A program made the position numbers and the translations under genes. Source: Nostoc sp. (GTDB lineage: Bacteria; Cyanobacteriota; Cyanobacteriia; Cyanobacteriales; Nostocaceae). From it: a DNA stretch of 64,000 nt. The stretch spans positions 1 to 64,000 of the forward strand of contig JBALDB010000039.1 in assembly GCA_036918135.1 (NCBI GenBank), given 5' to 3'. Of this stretch, positions 20,812 through 30,080 are shown piece after piece (positions within the stretch are counted from its first letter, which is position 1; every line of letters begins with the position of its first letter). Under the pieces are notes generated by a model, which worked only from the letters and a program-made list of their open reading frames with translations, was not told the DNA's origin and did not search any database.

Positions 20812-21596
20812 ACTCTCCTCCTCATCTCCTTCTTCGCCACTAATTGATTCTGATTCCTGAATTCTTCTTTTTCAGAGAAAACAGCTACAACAGGATTATG
20901 GTCGCTTAAGTTATCCCAAGTCGGTGCAGAAAGTACTTTGCATTCTTCAAGATATTGATACCAACAAGCAGGTGCAAAAATACCATCGCAATGGTAAGGC
21001 TTTGTCTGGTCACCACTCCAGCGTAATGTTTGTGGCAGATCGCGGTTGGGGTTAGCAGTTTGCCAGCAGTTGAGCAAATTGAACTCTTTTCTCAGACGTT
21101 CTAAAAACCATCGATTATCACCTTGCAACGATTCGCTAGGATGCCGAATTCCCGTTGTCAAATTGAAGTCTCCCCCAATTATCAACTCGCGATCGCCAGG
21201 TAGGGAAGCGATAAAATCTAGGATCTGGTTCACCGTTCTTTTATAGGGTACTGGAGCGTGAATGCTGAATACTCGCAGCGATCGCTTTAATGTTGCACTC
21301 CAGTCAAACTTGTCTAATTCGACTCCAACAAGATACCCTGAAAACTCAGGCATTGCGATCGGAACGAGCGACCCTGATTTGACGAATATCGCGCTTCCCC
21401 AAGGTCTATTTGCTGCCTTTGTCCAATGAACTTGATGTCTGTGGCTTTCCCAAGTTTCATGATTCATGTATAGTCTGGGATCGCAGGTTTCTTGCACTAG
21501 GAAAATATCCGGATCGATGGTTTCAAACACCTGATTCCAGTGAGTTCGTTGATTAGCTCTGCCCCCAAAGCGTAAATTGTAAGTGACGATTTTCAT
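20712..21596 (-). CDS. endonuclease/exonuclease/phosphatase (EEP) family protein
   Basis: MKIVTYN, VQET, IGGDFN, D.IF and SDHNPV motifs; ATG at 21596 preferred. Confidence 0.9.
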   Translation of the reverse strand: MKIVTYNLRFGGRANQRTHWNQVFETIDPDIFLVQETCDPRLYMNHETWESHRHQVHWTKAANRPWGSAIFVKSGSLVPIAMPEFSGYLVGVELDKFDWSATLKRSLRVFSIHAPVPYKRTVNQILDFIASLPGDRELIIGGDFNLTTGIRHPSESLQGDNRWFLERLRKEFNLLNCWQTANPNRDLPQTLRWSGDQTKPYHCDGIFAPACWYQYLEECKVLSAPTWDNLSDHNPVVAVFSEKEEFRNQNQLVAKKEMRRRVIAGGSSRSVSKTRQEAGGKTIANSSIHPFQVS

Positions 21597-21826
21597 TGAA
21601 TTTCTATTCCTTGTCGAGGGTGCAGAAGCTAACGCGAGCAATTGCAAACGCCGAAGTAATCTATCAATGCCATGTTATTTATTTTTGCTACATGATATAA
21701 AAATTTACATTATATAGACCCCTCGACACTGAACACACTGTTTTCTGGGTAAACTAAAAAAGCGCTGGCTATCCCGGCAGCATAAGGCTTAGAGGTTATC
21801 ACAGAAAACTCAAAGGGGTATACAAA

Positions 21827-23671
21827 ATGCTCAAGACAAGTTACGACTTTGACCAGGCTATCCTACCCGTAGGATCTTCATTAAAGACTAATATTCTGCT
21901 ACGTTTTCGTGCTGACATAGCTGAATCTCCCCGACGTAACCTGAATCTTTCCCTGGTAATTGACCGCTCAGGCTCTATGGCAGGCCCTCCTTTGCATCAT
22001 GCGCTCAGAGCCGCTGAGTCCGTGGTGGAGCGACTTGAGCCAGAGGACATTCTCTCAGTGGTTGTTTACGATGATGAAGTAGACACAGTTGTAACGCCTC
22101 AACCTGTGAAAGACAAAGCTGCACTGAAAAATTCTATTAAAAAAGTCAGAGCAGGCGGTATTACTAACTTATCCGGCGGATGGCTCAAAGGCTGCGAACA
22201 TGTAAAGATGCAACTCGATCCCCAAAAAATTAACCGTGTTCTGTTGCTTACCGATGGTCATGCCAATATGGGTATTCAAGACCCGAAAATACTAACGACG
22301 ACATCGGGGCAAAAAGCCGAGGAAGGTATCGCCACAACTACTTTAGGTTTCGATCAAGGGTTCAATGAAGACTTGCTGATTGGTATGGCAAGGGCGGCTA
22401 ACGGCAATTTCTACTTTATTCAGAGCATCGATGAAGCAACTGAAGTTTTTAGCATTGAGCTAGATAGTCTCAGAGCAGTAGTAGGTCAGAATCTCAAGGT
22501 GAGAGTTGAGTTTGCTGATGGTGTCAGTCTTGTAGATACCTTAAGTTTGGCTAAAGTCAGCCATGACGCAGGTGAAACTGTCATCACCTTGGGAGAGCTT
22601 TATGAAGGTGAAGACAAACTTTTGGGGTTGAGTTTAGAGATACCCTCTGCTCAAGTCGGCGAATTACCTGTAATGAAGCTGCATTACAGTGCTGATGTTG
22701 TGCAAAATGACGTAATTCAAACTGTGTCTGGTACAACGGATGTCGTCGCGAAAGTTGGTACTGTTGAGGAAGCAGCTCTAGCCTCTTCGAGCCATATCAT
22801 CCTTGAACTCAGCCGCCTCACCATCGCAAAAACTAAAGAGATAGCCCTCAATTTAGCCGAACATGGTAAACATGAAGAAGCTGAGCAAATCCTCAGGGCG
22901 TTAGTGAAAGATTTGCGCGATCGAGGGTTGAATGAGAATTTTGAAATTGCTGAAGAGATAGATCAGCTAGAGTATTTCGCGGGTCGCATCGCCCAAAAAG
23001 CTCTCGGAAATGCTGGACGTAAGGAACTGCGGGATCAGAGTTTCCAGACGATGACGCGCAATCGCAGCGATTTGGTAGCTCGCGGTGTCACAGCCGGCGA
23101 TGAAGTGTACGCGATGTCGGTTGTCAATGAAGTTGGTTCGGGCGTAGAGCTACACTGTGTACGTGAAGGGGGTAAGCTGCGAATCAAGGTGATATCCGAT
23201 GGCTACGATTCCACCAAGAATGTCCAGTTTCCGCGAGCAATTCGTGCTGAGGGCGCACGCTATGTAGTTGAAGGATTAGAACTTTCAAGCGATGGCAGTT
23301 TCTACCGTGTCAGTGGTAACATCACCCGTCTTGCTCGACCAGGGGAAGCAGATATCTTCGTTGCCCCAAGACAATCGAGCTCAACTAGTACAGGCAAAGC
23401 ATCTAAAGGCCCCGCTAGTGCCGCCGACCTAGCAACAATTGATACTGTAAAGGATGGCATTCTTGTTCAGTGCGTCAAAGATGGCAGCAAGCTCCGTGCT
23501 AGGGTAGTTTCTGACGGATATGAACCCGATTGGAACATGCGTTTTCCGCGATCGGTTCGTGAGGAAGGAATGCTTTACGTCGTTGATGAAATCAAAATCG
23601 GCCCTGATGGCAAGTCCTATATTGCCTGTGGTGAAATTAAGCGATTTATACAACCTACCATCACCAATTGA
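21827..23671 (+). CDS. vWA-domain protein (YfbK-like) with two tandem copies of a ~65-aa C-terminal domain
   Basis: MIDAS DRSGSM...T...LLTDG; repeats CVREGGKLR...NVQFPR and CVKDGSKLR...NMRFPR. Confidence 0.9.
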   Translation: MLKTSYDFDQAILPVGSSLKTNILLRFRADIAESPRRNLNLSLVIDRSGSMAGPPLHHALRAAESVVERLEPEDILSVVVYDDEVDTVVTPQPVKDKAALKNSIKKVRAGGITNLSGGWLKGCEHVKMQLDPQKINRVLLLTDGHANMGIQDPKILTTTSGQKAEEGIATTTLGFDQGFNEDLLIGMARAANGNFYFIQSIDEATEVFSIELDSLRAVVGQNLKVRVEFADGVSLVDTLSLAKVSHDAGETVITLGELYEGEDKLLGLSLEIPSAQVGELPVMKLHYSADVVQNDVIQTVSGTTDVVAKVGTVEEAALASSSHIILELSRLTIAKTKEIALNLAEHGKHEEAEQILRALVKDLRDRGLNENFEIAEEIDQLEYFAGRIAQKALGNAGRKELRDQSFQTMTRNRSDLVARGVTAGDEVYAMSVVNEVGSGVELHCVREGGKLRIKVISDGYDSTKNVQFPRAIRAEGARYVVEGLELSSDGSFYRVSGNITRLARPGEADIFVAPRQSSSTSTGKASKGPASAADLATIDTVKDGILVQCVKDGSKLRARVVSDGYEPDWNMRFPRSVREEGMLYVVDEIKIGPDGKSYIACGEIKRFIQPTITN

Positions 23672-23718
23672 GTTGAAGTTAGGAGATTGTGAGTAGTTCA
23701 ACATCGTTGAAATAAATG

Positions 23719-23755
23719 AAGAAAAGCTATGTAGGCTTCCTACATAGCTTTTCTT
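23719..23755. terminator. perfect 17-bp hairpin between convergent genes, likely bidirectional terminator
   Basis: aagaaaagctatgtagg-ctt-cctacatagcttttctt. Confidence 0.75.
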
Positions 23756-23949
23756 ATTTAGATACTCTGCAATTGCCTCAACTACATTGTCTTCAGGTCT
23801 ATACACCCGTGACCTTGGATTTTCATTATGGAGCTTGTCAAGATAGACGTGTAAGGCTTCTTGATATCCCGATGTTCTAAAACATAAGCTCGAAGTTCAA
23901 TTGCAGTCATAGTAGCAAAATCTGGTTTAACGCTGGTATGAACGTCCAT
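23745..23949 (-). pseudogene. DUF6887-like small protein, frameshifted
   Basis: MDVHTSVKPDFATMTAIELRAYVLEHRD, then a frameshift near 23865, then QEALHVYLDKLHNENPRSRVYRPEDNVVEAIAEYL. Confidence 0.65.
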
Positions 23950-23979
23950 AGTGAAAATTTTTATGTATGTAGAAAAATT

Positions 23980-24927
23980 TCAAAACTCAATGAACCAAGC
24001 GCATAATGAAGCAACTTGATCGGGTTTAGTTAGATTAGCTGCGTTAGTAAGAATGCCAGAATTGAGCTGATGCCATATCTCCTCTGCCATGCTATTTTCT
24101 ATAGCAGCTCCAACGAAAAATGTAGATGGGCTAAGATTATACTTGTTAAAAGCTGTTTTAATTCTAGTTAATGCACTATTTGCGGTTTTCCAATGCTCGT
24201 CAGCGCCTGCTGGATCAATTCCTCCTTTTAATTCACCTAAAGCTATATAAGAATTAGGATCTAAAACTAAGTTTTTGTCAATTTTGCTTGGCTCACAATT
24301 AAATAAACAAATATCAATATTCTTTTTAACAATTGGAACGTTTAAATTATAAATAAATGTTCTATTTTTTCCGTTTGAATACCAACTTATTCCTCTAAGA
24401 CGTAACTCAATATCTGTGTTATCATTTGACTGTTCAATCCAAACTTTGCTATCTTTATCTTGCCATTTATACGGTTTATTTGAAAGAGTTAGTGCGGCAA
24501 TAATTGAACGTGCAAATTTGCGCTCAGCAAGAATGCCTCCAACATTTCGCATTGACCCGCCAAGGGTATCGCCGCGGGTGAGTAGAAAACGATAAACAAG
24601 TTCTTCAACAAAATTTTCTCCAGCAGGATCTAGGAAATTTTTAATTAATCCTTCAATAGCTTCAACTTTATCTTGTTCTTGAAGATGTCCAGCAGCCTTG
24701 TCTGATATACCAGATGCTGCTAATAGAGTAGGTCTAATATCCTTCATCGTTAAAAGGTTCTGAGGTCTTTCAGTATGATTGGCCCTAATTTTCAGGGCTC
24801 GTGCTTGCTCAACAAATGGTGTTGCTCTCCGATTTCTTTCTAAAGCTAAAGCAACAAATCCAGATCGAATATCTTCATAAGAAGTAACAAGATCAGCTTT
24901 ACTTTTAAGATGCTCTTTATAAGGCAC
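23980..24927 (-). CDS. avaIR: type II restriction endonuclease, AvaI/BsoBI family (family specificity CYCGRG)
   Basis: GFVALALERNRRATPFVEQARAL, FLLTRGDTLGGSMRN and ALGELKGGIDPAGADEHWKTA motifs; the GTG at 24927 overlaps the methyltransferase TAG. Confidence 0.92.
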   Translation of the reverse strand: MPYKEHLKSKADLVTSYEDIRSGFVALALERNRRATPFVEQARALKIRANHTERPQNLLTMKDIRPTLLAASGISDKAAGHLQEQDKVEAIEGLIKNFLDPAGENFVEELVYRFLLTRGDTLGGSMRNVGGILAERKFARSIIAALTLSNKPYKWQDKDSKVWIEQSNDNTDIELRLRGISWYSNGKNRTFIYNLNVPIVKKNIDICLFNCEPSKIDKNLVLDPNSYIALGELKGGIDPAGADEHWKTANSALTRIKTAFNKYNLSPSTFFVGAAIENSMAEEIWHQLNSGILTNAANLTKPDQVASLCAWFIEF

Positions 24928-26381
24928 TAAGGTTTTCTCCAAACATAAACGCATTTACGAAGTGGTTTACGACCATGTAACCCCATTTGCTGACTACTAT
25001 TACCTTTACCAGTAGGTAAAACAAGAATGGCTTCAACATCAAAACCAATTTTATTAGCAATATCCGATAGAATCAAATCAACTGAAATGTCAACACCTGC
25101 ATAGCGAACATTATCATTCACCATAAACAATGGCGCTCCAGTTTTCAGCACTCTAAAGCACTCTACGATCGCACAGGCCATTTCATAGAAGTATCCACGT
25201 ATCATACGCGGAATTCCATTATTATTAAGCTTTTTCTGCTCAAGCTCTTGTTCTAAAAATTTAATAATTTTTTGCAATAGTCCTTGGTTGTCCGTTGCTA
25301 TTACTGCTCTTTGGCAGTTTTTAATGAGAGCCTTTTCTTTGTTTTCAACTGTACAACTCAACATATCCTGCCTAAGTTGCACAATTTCTTTTTCTCCAAC
25401 TCCTAAAACAGCTAACTCAAGTGCATAAGTGCGTGTATAATCATAACGATTACAATAAGGTGGAGAAGTAATAATTCCGTCGTAACTATCTGGATCGATT
25501 TCTGGCAAAATTTCTAAACATGAGCCTCCAAATAAATTAATATCACTATTTTCTTTCTTGCTATAAAACAAAGAACTATTTTTTATATAGAGCGTGTCAT
25601 TTAAAATTAATTCAAGCTGCTTAATGATGGCTTCATCAAAAGTTAGAATAGTACCTTTGTCAAATTTATTTGAACTACCTTTTCTAAATGCTCTTTTATC
25701 CCAACGTAGATACTGACCATCTTTACGAGTATAACTAACTGACTCAAGAATACACAAAAGAGCAAAACGTAAAACTTTCTGAACTGCTAAATTTTCTTGC
25801 TCTAAAGAAAACAAAAATCTTTCAATGGATGATTCTGTATCAGAAGGATATGCTCCTTTAGTAATTCTCAAGTGACTAAGCGTTTTTTTTTGATTATGCT
25901 GATTCCAAGGTTTTTGGTCTTTCCAAAAAATCAGCGTAGAGAATTCTTCTTGACCAAATTCTTCTTGTATTACTTTTCGTACTTTTATGATTTCTTGTCC
26001 AATAGGTAAAAGCTCTATACCATCAGCTTTTATTCCAGATTCACTGCAAGCAAAAAGTGCTGTTCCTGCTCCAGCAAAGGGATCGAGAATTTTTTTTACT
26101 GCTTTCTGTTCATATTGGAATACCAGGTATTGTACTAAATCAGCAGAAAATGCTTCTTTATATTTAAACCAACGATATTTAGGCTTTGATTTATTTCCTT
26201 GAAAGCTAACAATTTTTCGAGTAAGAGGAGGATAAAGCCGAATTTTGTTGTTAAAGCATTGCTCAAGCATGGCATCAGCCTGAAAAATCTCTTGAACAAG
26301 AGGGTTTGTATGATTTAAGTCAATAAAATCTACTGTTGTGCTTTCTGCGGCAACCTCAAGCTTTAGTTCAGATAGGGTCAT
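24927..26381 (-). CDS. avaIM: N4-cytosine DNA methyltransferase, M.AvaI-like
   Basis: DPFAGAGT motif I followed by TSPPY motif IV; coupled to the AvaI-type endonuclease. Confidence 0.9.
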   Translation of the reverse strand: MTLSELKLEVAAESTTVDFIDLNHTNPLVQEIFQADAMLEQCFNNKIRLYPPLTRKIVSFQGNKSKPKYRWFKYKEAFSADLVQYLVFQYEQKAVKKILDPFAGAGTALFACSESGIKADGIELLPIGQEIIKVRKVIQEEFGQEEFSTLIFWKDQKPWNQHNQKKTLSHLRITKGAYPSDTESSIERFLFSLEQENLAVQKVLRFALLCILESVSYTRKDGQYLRWDKRAFRKGSSNKFDKGTILTFDEAIIKQLELILNDTLYIKNSSLFYSKKENSDINLFGGSCLEILPEIDPDSYDGIITSPPYCNRYDYTRTYALELAVLGVGEKEIVQLRQDMLSCTVENKEKALIKNCQRAVIATDNQGLLQKIIKFLEQELEQKKLNNNGIPRMIRGYFYEMACAIVECFRVLKTGAPLFMVNDNVRYAGVDISVDLILSDIANKIGFDVEAILVLPTGKGNSSQQMGLHGRKPLRKCVYVWRKP

Positions 26382-26508
26382 TTGCAAGATTATTCATGTA
26401 CAAAGAGTCAGTTTAGCAGTTTATTAATAGGAATGTAGACAATTTAGGCTAGCTGTTTAATCTGTTAGGAAACTATCTTGCAATATTTGAAAAAATCCAA
26501 AATAGATA

Positions 26509-27207
26509 TTACGCCTCGATCGCCGGCTCGTAATCATTTGGGTTGTCAAAGCCTGCAATCCAAGCAGCAGCTTGATGACAGCTTTGCATATATGGGGGAA
26601 CGCGCAAGATATGAATGTGTCCTGTAGATGGACAAGTGACTTTCAAAACCATAAACGGCTCGTCATCCTCAAAAGGAATGCAGATAAGTTGACGTTCTCC
26701 ACCAGCGTCTCTATCTCGATGACGGACTAACCCTCCCACTTGCTGCAAAAATGTCTCGTATCCCAAACGTTCAATTAATACGCGCCGTAACTCAACGTTC
26801 TCGATATTGAGGATATCTTGCCCAGTTATCGAGTCCGATCCAAAGGCAATGGTATCGCTCACCTGCACACCTCGCCAGCGCAAAACAAAACCATGCCCTT
26901 TAGGTAAACTGGTAATCCCGCTCCCGGCTAACTCAATCCAATGGGTGACGTGGAGACCTTTGGAAACAGAAGTCAGGTTCACACAATCGCTGATATCCAG
27001 ACTTTCACAAGTAAGATTTTCAGGTAAATTGTGAAGTTGCAACGCACCGCTTAAATCCAAATGACCCAAAACGCGCATTCCATCCCATGCGCGATGCTCA
27101 AGGATGAGTTTTCTAGCACGTTCGCCAGATATAGGCTCGTGGGTTTCCTTTGGGCGCTGCTGAACTGGTTTATTCGGCACACGCCCATTTGACATTATCC
27201 TCAGCAT
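26509..27207 (-). CDS. short LRR-like region plus DUF6745-like C-terminal domain
   Basis: LDLSG...LPENL...LDISDC...LPKG repeats; IENVELRRVLIER and VTCPSTG...LRVPP...AAAW motifs. Confidence 0.8.
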   Translation of the reverse strand: MLRIMSNGRVPNKPVQQRPKETHEPISGERARKLILEHRAWDGMRVLGHLDLSGALQLHNLPENLTCESLDISDCVNLTSVSKGLHVTHWIELAGSGITSLPKGHGFVLRWRGVQVSDTIAFGSDSITGQDILNIENVELRRVLIERLGYETFLQQVGGLVRHRDRDAGGERQLICIPFEDDEPFMVLKVTCPSTGHIHILRVPPYMQSCHQAAAWIAGFDNPNDYEPAIEA

Positions 27208-27575
27208 TAGTCCGCGACCTCTACGTAAGCGTCAGGGCGGTATTCACGTTGTCGCCAGACGCGGTAAAGTCCTTGGGGTAATTCAATCGCCCGATGTTCT
27301 TCATGAACTAAGGTCGCGGTTGGTTCTTTAACCTCAAGATAAAGTTCACTACCATTTACCCACAACTGAATAGCATCCGATTGCTGAATGCGATGGCTGT
27401 GTCCTGTGAGTTCACCATGAGCCAGAGTCGCACCTAGACCTTTTTGAGCGTTTACCGGTAAGCTACCAATTCTTCTGAGCAGAACATCGCCATGTCTGTA
27501 GAGCATATCAGCTTGATTAGCTTGAGAGTTATTACGGTTGTTCAACATACCTTTATTATACAAGATATTGGTCAT
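27207..27575 (-). CDS. small conserved His-motif protein (possibly cupin-like), partner of the DUF6745-like gene
   Basis: YRHGDV, LAHGELTGHSH, HEEH and YRVWRQREY motifs; TAATG overlap with the downstream gene. Confidence 0.8.
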   Translation of the reverse strand: MTNILYNKGMLNNRNNSQANQADMLYRHGDVLLRRIGSLPVNAQKGLGATLAHGELTGHSHRIQQSDAIQLWVNGSELYLEVKEPTATLVHEEHRAIELPQGLYRVWRQREYRPDAYVEVAD

Positions 27576-27680
27576 TTGTTATTTGTCCTTTGTCCTTTGT
27601 CATTTGTCCTTTGTTCTTTAACTAATCACCAATGACCAATGACTAATGACCAATGACTAATGACCAATGACTAATGACTT
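27570..27680. repeat. STRR heptamer inverted arrays
   Basis: (ttgtcct/ttgtcat)n followed by (aatgacc/aatgact)n. Confidence 0.9.
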
Positions 27681-28765
27681 TATTCGTCAATCTGCCATGA
27701 ATCTTTAGTTATTTCTTCATCAAGAATTTTCTTAGGACGCACAATAATAATGATTCGTCCTAATAAAGGAATTTCTGGCTCAGTTTCAAACCATTGAAAA
27801 TCTAATTCTCCACCGTTTTCAACAACAAAATAGTTGGAAGCATCCCATTGTCGTTGGGCACGATCTACTACTACCACCACTGATTCTATTTGACTTTGGT
27901 TTTGGTTGGGCAAGCGATCGCTAGAAGCTAAAATCGCTACTGGATCTTCTGCTGCTAACAGTACTTGCCAACCCGGTAATGAAAGCCAAGCTTGCTCTCC
28001 AGCAAATTTGACCATCCGAAATGGTTCAATTTCTGTGATTACAGGCACAGCTTGCAAATCTTGTGGTGATAATGGCAACTCGCCCACCACTGGCACGATT
28101 CGAGGCAATTGTTCTTCTGATTCCAGCCGATAAAAGGGTAAAATTGGAGCCGGACGCTTGGGAACAGTAGTAAAATCAGTCAGTAATTGTTCGATTTGTT
28201 TCCTGGCTGTTGGCGTATGAGCAAAACGCAAACCTTTGGCAATTAAGCGCGATCGCTCTTGTAAATCTGAGTTTTGGCGTGCCAGTTTCCAAGCTTGGTG
28301 AGCAACTGCATCCCCTGGATGGCTAGAAAATCCTTCTGGCAAACTACGCAAATAAGAGAATTCTTTAATTGCTTTGGCAACTTCCCGCGCTTCATCAGCA
28401 TCAAGTTTGTGGATGAAAATCAGTTCGGCGGCGGCGGCGCGTTCTTCTTGGGTAAGCAGACGCAACTCATATAAAACATCACTACCTCGTGTTGTATAGT
28501 GCAATTGCACTGCTTCCGAAACTCCTGACTTTTCTAAAGAATTGTAAACTTGAGAGCCAACAATCACCTGATTTTGTTGAATCGGCTCAAATCCAGTGGC
28601 TTCAAAAATTTCTTGGGGATTGTAACCGATTTTCTGCAACGAGGCGATCGCGTACCCCCATTCCACCCAATTGCCTTGCTTTTGCCTCAACTTTCGCAGT
28701 AACTCTTGTGCTACATCGCTGGTAGTATTTTCGGGATTCTGAGCGTTGGGTGGTAGATCAGTCAT
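27680..28765 (-). CDS. raf1: RuBisCO accumulation factor 1
   Basis: GNWVEWG...IFEATGFEPIQQNQVIVGSQVY; C-terminal WQIDE. Confidence 0.95.
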   Translation of the reverse strand: MTDLPPNAQNPENTTSDVAQELLRKLRQKQGNWVEWGYAIASLQKIGYNPQEIFEATGFEPIQQNQVIVGSQVYNSLEKSGVSEAVQLHYTTRGSDVLYELRLLTQEERAAAAELIFIHKLDADEAREVAKAIKEFSYLRSLPEGFSSHPGDAVAHQAWKLARQNSDLQERSRLIAKGLRFAHTPTARKQIEQLLTDFTTVPKRPAPILPFYRLESEEQLPRIVPVVGELPLSPQDLQAVPVITEIEPFRMVKFAGEQAWLSLPGWQVLLAAEDPVAILASSDRLPNQNQSQIESVVVVVDRAQRQWDASNYFVVENGGELDFQWFETEPEIPLLGRIIIIVRPKKILDEEITKDSWQIDE

Positions 28766-29047
28766 AAATCAGTGTGTGAGCTTCAACTTGAGAGGTTGAT
28801 TAATACCTCATGAGCAAGTTTTATTCTAATCTATCAACTACCCACAGCTACTGTATTAAGTTGATTTGTAGCAAGTTCAACTGAATCACCAAGTTATTTC
28901 CGGAAGCGATTTTTTCCGTGCTGAATAATTAAATGTGTCTAAAAAGATAGATTGACTCCGTAATAACCCATGAGAAAATCGAGCTATTCTCAATTAAGCT
29001 TGGTATGGAATATAACAAGATAATGAAATATATAAGGAAAATATCTT

Positions 29048-30004
29048 ATGGATAATCCTAGCCTCGAAATAAATAAACTCCACTATCAAGTGATGACTCT
29101 CGAACGACCAAAAAAGCTGAAAATTCTGGTAGTTGACGATGAGCCAGATAATCTCGATCTACTTTATCGCACTTTTCGACGCGATTTTAATGTTTTGAAA
29201 GCTGATAGTGGGGTGAATGCCCTACAAGTTTTGGCAGCAGAAGGGGAGGTAGCGGTGATTATCTCTGACCAACGGATGCCAGAAATGAAAGGAACTGAGT
29301 TTCTCAGCAAGACTGTACCCCAGTTTCCCGATACAGTCAGGATAATTCTCACTGGCTTTACTGATATTGAAGACTTGGTAGAAGCGATTAACGCTGGACA
29401 AGTCTACAAATATATTACCAAGCCTTGGGATCCAGGAGAACTCAAGGCAGTGGTGCAAAGAGCAGCAGAAACCTACGACTTACTCAAGCAACGTACAGAA
29501 GAATTACGCCGCGCTCATGCTCAAATAGCATTGCTAAGTGTTTTGGTGCAGGTAACTCAAGCAGCTTGTAGCTTAGAGGAAACTCTTACCCCAATTGCTA
29601 GGGCTTTTGATGAAACTTTCGGTACTCAAAGGTGTATTATCCAACTTATAGATGGAAATAGTCTCAAAGAGACTCAAGGAAATTATAGTGATACAGGTAC
29701 AATAGAAAACTGGCTTTCCCAAGATCCGCTCGCTCAAGAAGCGATCGCCACAGGGCAAATGCAAGTTTGCTCGAATATACTTAAAGATACTAAATTAAAC
29801 AGTGTTATTCATTATCAAAGCAGTGGTGTGCAAGCACATTTAGTGATGCCGATTAGCTACCGCAATCAACTATTGGGCGTATTGTCCCTACAGTGGAAAC
29901 AACCGTGCATTTTGCGAGAAGATGAATTAAAGCTGATTGATTTATCAGCCCAACTAGTGGCGATCGCAATAACTAGTAGTCGCTGCCATCAAATTATTGT
30001 GTAG
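29048..30004 (+). CDS. response regulator (REC + GAF)
   Basis: VVDDE, SDQRMP and KPW receiver motifs; C-terminal GAF domain (VMPISY...LGVLSL). Confidence 0.9.
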   Translation: MDNPSLEINKLHYQVMTLERPKKLKILVVDDEPDNLDLLYRTFRRDFNVLKADSGVNALQVLAAEGEVAVIISDQRMPEMKGTEFLSKTVPQFPDTVRIILTGFTDIEDLVEAINAGQVYKYITKPWDPGELKAVVQRAAETYDLLKQRTEELRRAHAQIALLSVLVQVTQAACSLEETLTPIARAFDETFGTQRCIIQLIDGNSLKETQGNYSDTGTIENWLSQDPLAQEAIATGQMQVCSNILKDTKLNSVIHYQSSGVQAHLVMPISYRNQLLGVLSLQWKQPCILREDELKLIDLSAQLVAIAITSSRCHQIIV

Positions 30005-30080
30005 TTGTCATTAGTCATTTGTCCTTTGTGCTTAGTCCTTGGTAAATGATTAATGGCCAATGACTAACGACTAATAACTA

